Assembly: GCA_964461785.1 (NCBI GenBank)
Contig: CAYWWE010000002.1
Span: forward strand, 3,609 to 67,608
Direction of reading: 5' to 3'
DNA: 64,000 nucleotides
Source of the DNA: an uncultured Bacteroides sp.
Lineage (GTDB): Bacteria; Bacteroidota; Bacteroidia; Bacteroidales; Muribaculaceae
Shown: piece after piece, positions 37,452 through 47,857 of the stretch
How the letters are laid out: the number at the start of each line of letters is the position of its first letter
Numbering within the stretch: position 1 is the stretch's first letter
Made by a program: the position numbers and the translations under genes
Notes under the pieces: model-generated
The model's database searches: none
What the model was told of the DNA's origin: nothing
The model's input: only the letters and a program-made list of their open reading frames with translations

Positions 37452-38045
37452 ATGAAGAAAAATCTCAGTCTCAAATCCGCTCTCTCACTCCGTGCACTCG
37501 AAGCTATGGCTATAAAGGCCTCGGCTATGTCGGAGGTCCGTAAGCATCTGGAATCAGCTGTTTCTTCGAAGAAAAAGAGAAATATCTCCCATCCGGCTCC
37601 CTCTCGCCGAAACATCCCTCAAATCGAGCGAGATGTTCGTTCGATCATCCGGTCGCTTTCATCACAGACCGGCAAGGGTATGACCATGGCGGCTTCCCAA
37701 CTCGGTCAGGGATTGTCGGCAAGATGGTCTGCCTCAGCCTTCCGTCTTGACGATCTTCGTCGCCAAAAAGAAGAGGAGGCTTACTACCGCGAGCAGTTGA
37801 GGCTCGGATCAGATCGCCGGTCCATTAAAAAACCTTTCAAGGCAAACCCGGTGGTGATGTATGTGTTCTATCCTGATACAAACCATCCGGATCGACTCGG
37901 ATCTGTCGCTGTTTATAGTGATGACGCACCTCTTCGCAAAGCAGCGATCGACCGTAAGGGAAGCCTCTTCGGCCTAAAAGTTGTAAGCACCTCTCTGGAA
38001 AAGGGGCGTCGGCTATTTGTCGACGTGAAATTTGCAGTCTTATAA
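37452..38045 (+). CDS. Hypothetical basic protein (197 aa)
   Basis: Long ORF with A-rich start context, upstream promoter and downstream terminator; no family recognised. Confidence 0.65.
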   Translation: MKKNLSLKSALSLRALEAMAIKASAMSEVRKHLESAVSSKKKRNISHPAPSRRNIPQIERDVRSIIRSLSSQTGKGMTMAASQLGQGLSARWSASAFRLDDLRRQKEEEAYYREQLRLGSDRRSIKKPFKANPVVMYVFYPDTNHPDRLGSVAVYSDDAPLRKAAIDRKGSLFGLKVVSTSLEKGRRLFVDVKFAVL

Positions 38046-38080
38046 ATCGGAAACGAAAAAACTTTATAGATGTGTCTGAG

Positions 38081-38112
38081 GAGGCCGTCTGAAAATGAAG
38101 TCGGACGGCCTC
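38081..38112. terminator. Terminator between orphan ORF and GH32 gene
   Basis: gaggccgtctga...tcggacggcctc stem. Confidence 0.7.
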
Positions 38113-38153
38113 CCACAGCCTCTGAGTAGAATTTAGGGAAGTATCAAATCTTT

Positions 38154-39629
38154 TCAGGGCCAGATAGACTTCATGGGATAAGCGGTAAGGGAGACGTTAG
38201 ATCCGCCCCGCTGTGAGAATAATTCTATTGCCGTCTGATCGGGAGCAGCGTAGGTGAGCAGGGTCATGACTTTTTTGCCTTGGTCGGCAAAAACCTCGAT
38301 TGATGACTTATCAACCAATATTCTCAGGTTTGGTGAGTCTGAGATCCGGGTATAAGCCACACGACTGAACTTAGGAATGTCTGTAGCCGCAGAATTGGTG
38401 CGGTCAACCGTAAGGAAGCCGGAAGAGGCATCGTAGCTGATAGCGACCTTGCGTCCCGATCCGCAGCATAGATTCAGCCCTACGACATCGTTTTCAGATG
38501 GATCAATGCTTACTTCAAGCTCATATTGGTTTGACATCGATGTGACCTCGGGAAGGGGGACAATACCGGGTCGGAGTTTACGTTTCAATGAATAGGGAGT
38601 GCCACGGAGTTGAGTTAACTGGTCGGCAGGGAGCTGGCGCAGGCGCAGACCTGCGGGAGTGTCATAGAGAGACAGCTTGCGCGGAACAGACCATAACCCT
38701 TTGCCCCATTCCGACGGAGCCTGTTGGGCATAGTCCCATGTATTGACCCATCCGATGGAATAAACCTCAGAGGTGTCGCCGTCGTAGTTCTGAAAGGTGC
38801 GGGAGGCATAATAATCGAGTCCGTCATCGACATAGAGCGGCTCGGCATAAGGGTGATCGGGGATGAATTGCTTACCGTCAAATTCGCCAACAAAATATTG
38901 TTCCCTTGCCCAGTTGACCGAAACTAACAGGACCCATTTCTTTTCATCAGAGCCTTCGATCTCCAGTTGAAAGAGATCGGGGCACTCCCATGATTTCTCA
39001 TTGTCGCCCATCGGACCGAAGTCGCTCAACCACACCCAGTTCTTCAAATCTCCGGATTCATAGAACGCTACTTTCTTTTCCAGAGCTTTGGCCACAGCCA
39101 TTACCCACTTACCTGTAGGCTCATATCTGATGACCGTCGGATCGCGAAACTCGGTGCTCCAAATGTCGATTACGGGGTTGAGATCATAGTATTGAAAAGT
39201 GTGGCCTCCATCATGGCTGAAGGCTACAGACTGAGATTGCTTTCGCGACTCTTCGTCGAAAGAGGTGAATGCTGCCACGAGTGTATTTTCGCCCCAGCCC
39301 GCAGTATTATTCTTGTCGACAACGACACTTCCGGTGAACGGGGCCGTTTTTGGTGGAAGTCCTTTTATTGCATCTCTGTTGATTTCGGTCCAGTGCACGA
39401 GATCGGATGACTCAGCGGCTCCCCAGCTGTAGGCAAGAAACTTACCGCCATATTTGACAAGCCCACAAGGATCACCAATCCAGCGGTGGGCCGGAGTGAA
39501 ATGATATTGCGGCCTGTATGGCTCGTGGTAGAGGACTGTGTCAACGGCTACCGGGGCGGCTACCGGCATGGAAACGGCGTGGCCGGATGCAAACAAAAGC
39601 AGGATGGATACAAGAGTCTTGGCTGTCAT
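38154..39629 (-). CDS. GH32 beta-fructosidase/levanase
   Basis: Signal peptide; RPQYHFTP, WIGDP, FTGS, FRDP, WECPD; C-terminal LVDKSSIEVF. Confidence 0.93.
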   Translation of the reverse strand: MTAKTLVSILLLFASGHAVSMPVAAPVAVDTVLYHEPYRPQYHFTPAHRWIGDPCGLVKYGGKFLAYSWGAAESSDLVHWTEINRDAIKGLPPKTAPFTGSVVVDKNNTAGWGENTLVAAFTSFDEESRKQSQSVAFSHDGGHTFQYYDLNPVIDIWSTEFRDPTVIRYEPTGKWVMAVAKALEKKVAFYESGDLKNWVWLSDFGPMGDNEKSWECPDLFQLEIEGSDEKKWVLLVSVNWAREQYFVGEFDGKQFIPDHPYAEPLYVDDGLDYYASRTFQNYDGDTSEVYSIGWVNTWDYAQQAPSEWGKGLWSVPRKLSLYDTPAGLRLRQLPADQLTQLRGTPYSLKRKLRPGIVPLPEVTSMSNQYELEVSIDPSENDVVGLNLCCGSGRKVAISYDASSGFLTVDRTNSAATDIPKFSRVAYTRISDSPNLRILVDKSSIEVFADQGKKVMTLLTYAAPDQTAIELFSQRGGSNVSLTAYPMKSIWP

Positions 39630-39732
39630 TTTGGGAATGGGATTTCGGATGCAAAGTTACGGTGAATCCCATTGCCACGCTGTCAATCCTGTTGCAGATG
39701 CTATCGTAAATGAGGATAGCCGGTGATTTTTT

Positions 39733-40620
39733 TCAGCGTAGGAACCTGTTTGTCAGTCCTGAATAGGCGTCTATGCGGCGGTCGCGAAGAAACGGCCACC
39801 AGCGGCGTACATTTTCCGACCGGTCCATATTTATGTCAACTACCTCCACGGCCTCTTTGTCGTCGGGCGCGAGATAGAGAAGCTCGCCCTGAGGCCCCGC
39901 TACGAAGCTCGATCCCCAGAACTGTATGCCTCGGGTTGCCCCTGACGGATCCGGTTCATGACCAACGCGGTTGACGGTCACTACAGGGATTCCGTTGGCA
40001 ACCGCATGAGCTCGCTGGACTATCATCCATGCCTGACGCTGACGCTCTTTTTCGGCCTCTGTGTCGGAACTTTCCCATCCGATGGCGGTGGGATAGACAA
40101 GGATCTCAGCACCCGCGAGCGCCATGAGCCGGGCGGCTTCGGGATACCACTGATCCCAGCATACGAGGACACCTATGCGGCCTATGGATGTGTCGATAGG
40201 CTGGAAGCCGAGATCGCCGGGAGTGAAGTAGAATTTCTCGTAGTAAGCAGGATCGTCGGGAATGTGCATCTTGCGGTAGATGCCGGCTATGGATCCGTCG
40301 GCCTCAAACACAACGGCAGTGTTGTGGTAGAGTCCCGGGGCTCTCCGCTCAAAAAATGAGCCGACAATCACCGTTGAGGTCTCCCGGGCAATGGAAGCAT
40401 AGAAATCTGTTGCATCCGACGGTATGCCGACAGATAGATCAAAAAGATCAACATTTTCGGTCTGACAGAAATACAGCGAGTCATGTAGCTCCTGATTGAC
40501 GATGAGACGTGCGCCCTTGGATGCGGCTTCACGGATTGCTTGGCCGAGGCGCTGTCTGTTCTGGTCTACGTCATCTGTCTTTGACAGTTGGATCAGTGCT
40601 GTTGGGATTATTCTTGTCAT
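39733..40620 (-). CDS. aguB: N-carbamoylputrescine amidohydrolase (nitrilase superfamily)
   Basis: QELH, YRKMHIPDDP, YYEKFYFTPGD, VCWDQWYPE; coupled to agmatine deiminase. Confidence 0.93.
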   Translation of the reverse strand: MTRIIPTALIQLSKTDDVDQNRQRLGQAIREAASKGARLIVNQELHDSLYFCQTENVDLFDLSVGIPSDATDFYASIARETSTVIVGSFFERRAPGLYHNTAVVFEADGSIAGIYRKMHIPDDPAYYEKFYFTPGDLGFQPIDTSIGRIGVLVCWDQWYPEAARLMALAGAEILVYPTAIGWESSDTEAEKERQRQAWMIVQRAHAVANGIPVVTVNRVGHEPDPSGATRGIQFWGSSFVAGPQGELLYLAPDDKEAVEVVDINMDRSENVRRWWPFLRDRRIDAYSGLTNRFLR

Positions 40621-41681
40621 ATTGCGTGGTGATGTGGCGGGGTGAGGATCTTTGAGGGTATCTGCATTGTCATGCAATGGAGCGACCCATGCTGCCTGAC
40701 CAGGACTCTGCAATCGATCTCTATGACCGGACGGGCGAAGGTCTTGCTTAAGATCGAGGCAGCGCGCCTGTCGGCTTCGGGCTGGCCATAGGTGGGCATA
40801 AGTATTGCTTCGGGCAGCGCGAGAAAATTGGCGTATGTGGCCGGAAGCTGATGACCGTCTTCCGGATCGAAAACGGGGTCGGGGAGTGGCAGGGCAACCG
40901 GGGTGAGACCCAATTGAGGGGCTAATGTCATGATCTCATTTTCCATTCGGCAGATGGCGTCATAGTTGGCATCCGTCGGATTGAGACATGAGCAATAGAT
41001 AAGTCGGTTGTCGGGGGCGAAGCGCGCCAGAGTGTCGATGTGTGAGTCGGTGTCGTCGCCGAGCAGGGCTCCATTCTCGAGCCAGATGATTCGGTTGGCT
41101 CCAAGGGTCGATTTCAGATAAGTGTCAATCTCTTCTTTGGGAGTGGAGCCATTGCGGTTGGGCGATAGCAGACATTCGGATGTTGTGATGATCGTGCCTT
41201 TGCCGTCGGAGTCAACCGATCCGCCTTCAAGGATAAAGCTACGGCGATTTTCAAGCGGGGTGTTCAGGATCCCTACCCGTTGGAGCGCTGAAGAAGCGAG
41301 ATTGTCGCGGTCGGCGGCAAATTTCAAGCCCCAGCCGTTGAATTGGAAATCAATAGGTATGAGAGATCCGTCGGGACCGATGATGGTGATGGGCCCGAAA
41401 TCGCGGGCCCAGGTATCGTTGGTAGTATATTCTACAACAGTGATCAGCTCAGGCGTTGACTTTTTGCCAAGGGTGCTCAATGTTGCCTCGGGCTCGGGGG
41501 TGAGGATAATCACCCTTCGCCCGAGCGAGGTGACGGCACCGGCAATGTCGGCAACACATTCCTGAGCCTGATCGAGAATGGGAGCCCAGTCGGTATCGGC
41601 ATGAGGCCAGGCAAGCAACACGGCGGGATCATTTTCCCACTCCGCGCCCATGAGACGTCCCGGATTATTCTTCGTTGTCAT
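40617..41681 (-). CDS. aguA: Agmatine deiminase
   Basis: LLAWPH, NDTWARD, LEGGS, DTDSHIDT, YANF, GSLHCMT. Confidence 0.95.
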   Translation of the reverse strand: MTTKNNPGRLMGAEWENDPAVLLAWPHADTDWAPILDQAQECVADIAGAVTSLGRRVIILTPEPEATLSTLGKKSTPELITVVEYTTNDTWARDFGPITIIGPDGSLIPIDFQFNGWGLKFAADRDNLASSALQRVGILNTPLENRRSFILEGGSVDSDGKGTIITTSECLLSPNRNGSTPKEEIDTYLKSTLGANRIIWLENGALLGDDTDSHIDTLARFAPDNRLIYCSCLNPTDANYDAICRMENEIMTLAPQLGLTPVALPLPDPVFDPEDGHQLPATYANFLALPEAILMPTYGQPEADRRAASILSKTFARPVIEIDCRVLVRQHGSLHCMTMQIPSKILTPPHHHAI

Positions 41682-41913
41682 AGTCGTTGAGCGAGTCCCA
41701 TACCTCATTCTGTCGGTCGAGGTATTCTTCGCAATAGTCGGTAAATCCCTGTTTCTCTGAAGAGCCTACTTCATGGCACCACTCTTTGTAGGCAGCGCGG
41801 AGGTCGGGATTCTCGCTCAAATCGTGTTTGAACGCGCTCTCGGCTATGTCCACGCTCTTGTGAGCGGCGAGATAGGAGTTGAAAATTTCAGTGATATCGG
41901 CGTCTTTGTACAT
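41665..41913 (-). CDS. Small acidic hypothetical protein (82 aa)
   Basis: ORF downstream of TACCTTTG (41956-41963); overlaps the aguA start by 17 nt. Confidence 0.75.
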   Translation of the reverse strand: MYKDADITEIFNSYLAAHKSVDIAESAFKHDLSENPDLRAAYKEWCHEVGSSEKQGFTDYCEEYLDRQNEVWDSLNDYDNEE

Positions 41914-42003
41914 GATGATGTGTGAGGCTTACAGCGCAACAGCGCTATAAGCCTCCAAAGGTATGAATAAAAAGCAAATCCACCAAATATTATGGTAGGA
42001 TTC

Positions 42004-43326
42004 TCAAGATCTGCATCTGCGCTGTCCGTAGAGTGCTATGACGATGAAGCAGATCATCGGCAGGACAAATGATACGTTGACGGCGGGCATGGTTCCTACT
42101 GTGCCGCAATCTATGATGGCGGCCTGCACCGGAGGAAGGACCGAACCGCCGAGGATGGCCATTATGAGGCCGGCGGCTCCGAATTTGGCGTCGTCGCCCA
42201 TACCTTCAAGTGCGATGCCATAGATCGTGGGGAACATGAGCGACATACATCCCGAAACCCCGACCAGACAATAGAGACCATAGATGTCCTGGAAGAAGAT
42301 CACTCCGAGGGTGAGTAAAACAGCTACGATAGAGAGTGTGCGCAGAAGTGCCCCCGGCCGGAAATATTTCAGGAGGAATGTGCAGAAAAAGCGGCTTGTG
42401 CAGAAGATGATCATTGCGGCGATATTGTACTTCTGTGAGAGCACTTCGGCTGCCTTCTCGGCCATACCCTGTTCCATAAAGATCCTTGTGCCATACTGGA
42501 TGATGAATGTCCAGCACATGATCTGAGCGCCGACATAGAAGAACTGGGCTATCACCCCTTCCCTGTAGTGGCGGACGGCGAATATGCGGCGGATGGTGGT
42601 AAGGAACGATCCGCCCAGCTGCTTATCGCCGTTGCGCGGCATCCTGACTACCTTGATCAGGAGCATCATCAGCAAGACAACGGCACCGATGGCCAGATAG
42701 GGCTTGACGAGGATCCACAGATCGGAGTCGCGCACGGCGGCAAATGCTTCGGGCGAGAGCTCGGCGCGCTGCGCGGTGTCCATCGGGTCAAGCATGTTCT
42801 GGATAAAGTTCATGGCCACATACATACCCAGCAGCGACCCCAGTGGATTGAAGCACTGGGCAAGATTGAGGCGGCGTGTGGCGGTGTCTTCCGGTCCCAT
42901 CGTCAGGATATACGGATTGCAGCTCGTCTCGAGAAATGACAGGCCGCAGGTGAGGATAAAGTAGGCGATCAGAAACGGGAAGTATGCACCCGTCAGCATG
43001 GCCGGGTAGAAAAGGAAGGCGCCGAGGCCGTAAAGCCCGAGTCCGAGGAGCACTCCGGCTTTGTAGGAATAACGGCGTATGAACATGGCAGCAGGAAAGG
43101 CCATGACGAAATATCCTCCGTAGAAGGCAACCTGAATGAGTGTGCCGTCGGTCACGCTCATCCTGAAGATCTTGGAGAAAGCCTTGACCATCGGGTTGGT
43201 GATGTCGTTGGCAAAGCCCCACAGAGCGAAGCAGCTCGTGATCAGGATGAATGGTATGAGATAGTTGACTCCGTTGGCGGATAGTATGGATGATTGCCGG
43301 TCGGGCCGACTGGTACTGTTTGACAT
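42004..43326 (-). CDS. fucP: L-fucose:H+ symporter
   Basis: LWGFANDITNP, FLETSCNPY, RRLNLAQCFNPLG, QFFYVGAQI, MFPTIYG. Confidence 0.96.
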   Translation of the reverse strand: MSNSTSRPDRQSSILSANGVNYLIPFILITSCFALWGFANDITNPMVKAFSKIFRMSVTDGTLIQVAFYGGYFVMAFPAAMFIRRYSYKAGVLLGLGLYGLGAFLFYPAMLTGAYFPFLIAYFILTCGLSFLETSCNPYILTMGPEDTATRRLNLAQCFNPLGSLLGMYVAMNFIQNMLDPMDTAQRAELSPEAFAAVRDSDLWILVKPYLAIGAVVLLMMLLIKVVRMPRNGDKQLGGSFLTTIRRIFAVRHYREGVIAQFFYVGAQIMCWTFIIQYGTRIFMEQGMAEKAAEVLSQKYNIAAMIIFCTSRFFCTFLLKYFRPGALLRTLSIVAVLLTLGVIFFQDIYGLYCLVGVSGCMSLMFPTIYGIALEGMGDDAKFGAAGLIMAILGGSVLPPVQAAIIDCGTVGTMPAVNVSFVLPMICFIVIALYGQRRCRS

Positions 43327-43379
43327 GGTATCTTGTTTGGTTGATTCAGGAATAAATGCTTGGGGACACGGAGGCTGAT

Positions 43380-43727
43380 CTATTCATAAAGATGGAATAT
43401 CTGCTCCATGTCCTGCCACTTGTCGGCCGACGATGCCCCCGGTTCTGAGTTCTGAAACACTGACATGAAGTCTTCCCATTCCTGCTGACGCGGAAGGGTG
43501 GCCAGACGAGTCATTGCATCGTCAAGATCGACAGTGGCGGGCACCTCGAGTATCATCACGAGGCGGGTGCCGAGCAGAAAAATGTCCATTCGGGTGATTC
43601 CAACCTCGCGTATTCCGGCAATTATCTCCGGCCATACGGCTCCTTCGGCATGACGGCGGCGATATTCGGCAATCAGCTCGGGATCATCACGCAGATCCAT
43701 TGTCCGGACATATCTTTTTGTTTCCAT
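43380..43727 (-). CDS. L-rhamnose/L-fucose mutarotase
   Basis: LIAEYRRRH, VWPEI, QQEWE, W..MEQIF; position in fuc operon; start moved to ATG 43727. Confidence 0.88.
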   Translation of the reverse strand: METKRYVRTMDLRDDPELIAEYRRRHAEGAVWPEIIAGIREVGITRMDIFLLGTRLVMILEVPATVDLDDAMTRLATLPRQQEWEDFMSVFQNSEPGASSADKWQDMEQIFHLYE

Positions 43728-43734
43728 AATCTGG

Positions 43735-45117
43735 TCAGTTGAGATTGCGAAGGGTTTCAAACTGGAGTGTAATGCTACCTATTGCCGTGGCTTCGACCGG
43801 TCCGGCGATAACTGGCAGCCCGGTCTCCTCTTCGGTCAGGCGGTTGAGATATTGGTTGCGGCTTCCGCCCCCAACGATGTTGATGGCTTCCGGCCGGTCG
43901 CTTTCGGGTAAGATAGCGATGAGGCCTTCGATGGCCTTGCGGTAGCGGCGGGCAAGCGAGCGGATGGCTACACGGGCATAATCGGCCGGGGTCACGGGGA
44001 TGTCCAGGCTGTGGTCGATGCAATAGGTAGTGATGGCCGATGCCATATTGACAGGAGCAACGAAAGCCGGATCGTCGACGTCGATTATCGTGTCGATCGC
44101 AGATTCCTGAGCCGAGGCTATGAGGTTGTCATATCCCTCGAAGATTCCGGCGGCTGTCCATCCGGCAACAAGCTGCTGGAGGATCCACATTCCCGGTATG
44201 TTCTGAAGAATACGTATGGTGCCTCCTACAGCTCCTTCGTTGGTATATCCGCAGTCAAATGCGTCGGGTGTGCATACGGGTTCGGGAATCTCCTGACCGA
44301 ACAGGCTCCATGTGCCTGAGCTGATGAAGGCCTGTCGCCGGCCATCCGACTGCTTGCGCGATGCGTAGACTGCGCAGGCAGTGTCATGGCCTCCTGAAGC
44401 TATGACGGGAACGTCATAGTCTATGCCCAGCGCGGAGGCAACCGACGGCAGGATATATCCCTTTATGCTCCCGGAGTCGATCAGCCTGCCGAACAGCCTT
44501 TCGGGCAACCCGAGTTGACGGATAAGCTGCCAGTTCCAGTCCTCTCCTCCGGCGGTGAGGAGCTCGGAAGTCGATGCTATGGTGCGTTCACACGATGCTA
44601 CGCCCGTGAGGAAGAATGAGAACAGATCGGGCATAAATAGCAGCGATCCGGCTATCTCGACCATCTCAGGCTCGCGCTCACGCAGGGCTGCGAGTTGATA
44701 GAGGGAGTTGATGTTGATCGGGAAGATCCCTGAGTCGCGGAAATGATGGAGCTTCTCCTCCGTCGTGGGCCACATACGTTCGGGAAGCCCTGCGGTGTGG
44801 GAGTCTCGATAGCAAAGAGGATTGGAGAGCAGACGGCCCGAGGGGGTGATCAGACCGAAGTCCACCCCCCAGGTGTCAATGCCTACCGACAGGATGTGGA
44901 ATCCCATGGCCGATGCCAGACGGATGCCTTCAAGCATCTCGGAATAGAGAGCGGGGAAATCCCAGTAGAGAGAATCGCCGAGACGCACCTGACGATTGGC
45001 GAAGCGATGGATTTCGGTGAGCTCGATCAGACCGTCGGGAAGCATCTCGCCGGCTATGACACGTCCGCTGCCGGCTCCGAAGTCTATTGCCAGACAGGCG
45101 TTGCGCTGACTGTCCAT
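43735..45117 (-). CDS. fucK: L-fuculokinase (rhamnulokinase/FGGY family)
   Basis: AIDFGAGSGR, GIDTWGVDF, GGHDTA, SSGTWSL, GGGSRN, GPVEAT. Confidence 0.9.
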   Translation of the reverse strand: MDSQRNACLAIDFGAGSGRVIAGEMLPDGLIELTEIHRFANRQVRLGDSLYWDFPALYSEMLEGIRLASAMGFHILSVGIDTWGVDFGLITPSGRLLSNPLCYRDSHTAGLPERMWPTTEEKLHHFRDSGIFPININSLYQLAALREREPEMVEIAGSLLFMPDLFSFFLTGVASCERTIASTSELLTAGGEDWNWQLIRQLGLPERLFGRLIDSGSIKGYILPSVASALGIDYDVPVIASGGHDTACAVYASRKQSDGRRQAFISSGTWSLFGQEIPEPVCTPDAFDCGYTNEGAVGGTIRILQNIPGMWILQQLVAGWTAAGIFEGYDNLIASAQESAIDTIIDVDDPAFVAPVNMASAITTYCIDHSLDIPVTPADYARVAIRSLARRYRKAIEGLIAILPESDRPEAINIVGGGSRNQYLNRLTEEETGLPVIAGPVEATAIGSITLQFETLRNLN

Positions 45118-45120
45118 TGC

Positions 45121-45753
45121 TCAGTGTTTACCGGTGAGCACACGGAGAGCGGCAAGGTCAGCGGCAGACATTACGCTCGTGTTTCCCTGAGTCAGCACGG
45201 CGAGGCGGCAACCCATTTCAAAGAATACCGCTTTCTGGAATGCATCGGCAAGAGACGATCCGGCAACGACCTCGCCATGGTTGGCAAGGAAGCAGCTGTC
45301 GCTCGTCTTCATGGCATCGATCACAGCTTCGGCCAGTTCAAGAGAACCAGGCATGAGATAGGGCACAACCGGAATCTCCTCGCCGACATAGATGGGTATC
45401 TCAGCGGTGAGATTGATGCTTGCGGGGGGATTTTTCATGCAGGCGATGGTCGTGGCATAGGTTGACTGGAAATGGAGGATGGCCTTCACTTCCGGACGCA
45501 TCCTGAAGATGCCGAGATGAAAGCGGGCCTCGCGCGAGGGTTTGACACCATTGAGGACGGTCTCGTCGGAGAGGCGGCAAACCGACACATCTTCAGGCCG
45601 GAGATCGCTGAGCCATGATCCGGTTGCCGACACGAGTACCTCATCGTCGGATATGCGCCATGACAGATTGCCGCTTGAGCAGAGACTGAGCTGTTCGGCT
45701 CCTGCCCGATGGGCCCATTTTATAAATTCCTGTATCTGGGATTCTGTAGCCAT
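45121..45753 (-). CDS. fucA: L-fuculose-1-phosphate aldolase (class II)
   Basis: SSGNLS, PSRE..FH, LHFQS, LANHG. Confidence 0.9.
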   Translation of the reverse strand: MATESQIQEFIKWAHRAGAEQLSLCSSGNLSWRISDDEVLVSATGSWLSDLRPEDVSVCRLSDETVLNGVKPSREARFHLGIFRMRPEVKAILHFQSTYATTIACMKNPPASINLTAEIPIYVGEEIPVVPYLMPGSLELAEAVIDAMKTSDSCFLANHGEVVAGSSLADAFQKAVFFEMGCRLAVLTQGNTSVMSAADLAALRVLTGKH

Positions 45754-45786
45754 TGTGGTAGAGTGAATGATAGATGGTAAAAAACA

Positions 45787-45837
45787 GGTGAAGATGTCGC
45801 AGGAAGGCAGGTCGGTTTCCGTGCTGACATCTTCACC
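45787..45837. terminator. Internal stem-loop between fucI and fucA
   Basis: ggtgaagatgtc...gacatcttcacc 12-bp stem. Confidence 0.6.
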
Positions 45838-45891
45838 CGGAGTATGATAGTTAGCTGTCAGTTGTTATGACATTTCCTTTGAAAAGGCAGA

Positions 45892-47682
45892 TCAGCGGCC
45901 GCAGGTCTTCTTGTAGATAGGACCGTAGTTGGAGCAGGCGCGATAGTCGGCACCCTCCTTGTCCATGCCGAAGGCATTCCACGCGGCAGGACGGAAGATC
46001 TCGGTGTCGGGAATATTGTGCATGCAGACGGGGATGCGGAGTATCGAGGCCAGAGTGATCAGATCTTTGCCGATATGGCCGTAGGAGAGAGCGCCGTGGT
46101 TGGCTCCCCAGTTGTTCATCACTGAGTATACATCCTTGAAAGCATCGCGCTCAGGCATAAGGCGGGGCACAAACCAGGTGGTGGGCCATGTGGGATCGGT
46201 ACGCTCGTCGAGGATGTGATGAACCTCGGGATCAAGCTCGGCTGTCCATCCCTCGGCGATCTGAAGCACGGGGCCGAGACCCTTGACGAGGTTGAGGCGG
46301 GTCATGGTGACAGGCATGCCACCCTTGGTGAGGAAGTTGCTCGAGAAGCCGCCGCCACGGAAATAGTCGCGGTTGGCAGGACACCAGTTGGTGGCCGAAA
46401 GACACTTCTCAACCTCCTCTTCGGTGAGATCCCAGTGCTGCTTCATCTCGGGTGTGCCGTCGGCAGCTGTGGCGCGGGCAGTGGAGTCGAGGGTGGTTGC
46501 GCCGGAGTTGATGAGGTGGATGATACCGTTTGAAGCCAAACCGGTGAGCTCCTTGCCGGTGACGCGCTTCACTGCCTCGGGACTCCAGTAGGTGCGGACA
46601 TCCGAGAACTGCTGGGCGCGGTTGGTGAGGAGATGGCCGAAGAGCATCGCAACTCCGTTGCAGGCATCGTTTTCGGTGGCGAGCACGAAGGCTTCGCGTA
46701 TGCCGTTCCAGTCAAACGAGGTGTTGAGGAGCGATTCGGTGAAGTCGCCGTTGGGATAGAAGTCGGTCCACTGGCGCTGACCCTGGAATCCGCCGGCAAT
46801 GGCGTTGTGGCCGAGACTCTCTTCCTTAAATCCCATTTCGCGGAGCTTGGGATTGCCGGTCATGAGATCGCGGGCAATGATGGTCATCTTAACCACAAAC
46901 TCCCAGTCGGCATCTTTCTGTTCGCGAGTCTTGGCCTTTGCGGGGATGTTGCGGTCGGCAGCTTCGTTGACCTTGCAGTATTTTTCGGTCCAGGCCATGG
47001 CCTTCTCGTATTCGTCGTGATCATAGATCCCCTCTTCCATGCGGCGGATGATCTCTGTGAGGTCAACCGACTCGCAGCGCATACCGAGATAATCCTCGAA
47101 GAAGTCGGGGCTCACGATCGATCCGGCAATGCCCATGCACACCGAGCCCATCGAGAGATAGCTCTTGCCGCGCATTGTTGCAACGGCCTGAGCCGAGCGG
47201 GCGAAGCGGAGAATCTTTTCAGCCACATCGGCGGGGATGGTGTTGTCGTCGAGATCCTGGACATCGTGTCCGTAGATGCCGAAAGCGGGGAGCCCCTTCT
47301 GAGCGTGGGCTGCGAGAACGGCAGCAAGATATACGGCTCCCGGACGCTCGGTGCCGTTAAAACCCCACACGGCTTTGGGGTATTCGGGATTCATATCCAT
47401 GGTCTCCGAGCCGTAGCACCAGCAGGAGGTGACGGTGATAGTCGATCCTACACCCTCGCGCTCAAATTTTTCGGCGCAGGCAGCGGCTTCGGCCACGCGG
47501 CCTATTGTTGAATCGGCGATGACGCACTCTACGGGCGATCCATCGCCATTGCGGAGATTAGCTGAAATGAGGTCGGCCACAGCCTTGGCCAGATTCATGG
47601 TCTTCTCTTCAAGGCTCTCACGCACACCACCTTGACGGCCGTCGATAGTGGGGCGAATGCCTATTTTGGGATATTTCTTCAT
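45892..47682 (-). CDS. fucI: L-fucose isomerase
   Basis: [41 protein letters not shown]. Confidence 0.98.
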   Translation of the reverse strand: MKKYPKIGIRPTIDGRQGGVRESLEEKTMNLAKAVADLISANLRNGDGSPVECVIADSTIGRVAEAAACAEKFEREGVGSTITVTSCWCYGSETMDMNPEYPKAVWGFNGTERPGAVYLAAVLAAHAQKGLPAFGIYGHDVQDLDDNTIPADVAEKILRFARSAQAVATMRGKSYLSMGSVCMGIAGSIVSPDFFEDYLGMRCESVDLTEIIRRMEEGIYDHDEYEKAMAWTEKYCKVNEAADRNIPAKAKTREQKDADWEFVVKMTIIARDLMTGNPKLREMGFKEESLGHNAIAGGFQGQRQWTDFYPNGDFTESLLNTSFDWNGIREAFVLATENDACNGVAMLFGHLLTNRAQQFSDVRTYWSPEAVKRVTGKELTGLASNGIIHLINSGATTLDSTARATAADGTPEMKQHWDLTEEEVEKCLSATNWCPANRDYFRGGGFSSNFLTKGGMPVTMTRLNLVKGLGPVLQIAEGWTAELDPEVHHILDERTDPTWPTTWFVPRLMPERDAFKDVYSVMNNWGANHGALSYGHIGKDLITLASILRIPVCMHNIPDTEIFRPAAWNAFGMDKEGADYRACSNYGPIYKKTCGR

Positions 47683-47726
47683 GGTTTGGTTTATCACGTA
47701 AGATTAAGTGATTTCGTTTCAGACCA

Positions 47727-47734
47727 CAAATTTA
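47727..47734 (-). promoter_or_regulatory. -7 promoter element of fuc operon
   Basis: TAAATTTG on minus strand, about 45 nt upstream of fucI. Confidence 0.6.
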
Positions 47735-47821
47735 ATATCAAAAAGCGGGGCATCCCACCTGCCAAGAGTTAAAGCGTGTTAATTATTTGCCGAGTCAATC
47801 TGACGATATTCGTGATACATG

Positions 47822-47857
47822 AAAAAAGAGAGGGGGCCTCACGGCTGCCTCTCTCTC
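47822..47857 (-). terminator. Terminator downstream of sod
   Basis: gagagaggc...ccctctc stem followed by tttttt on minus strand. Confidence 0.7.
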
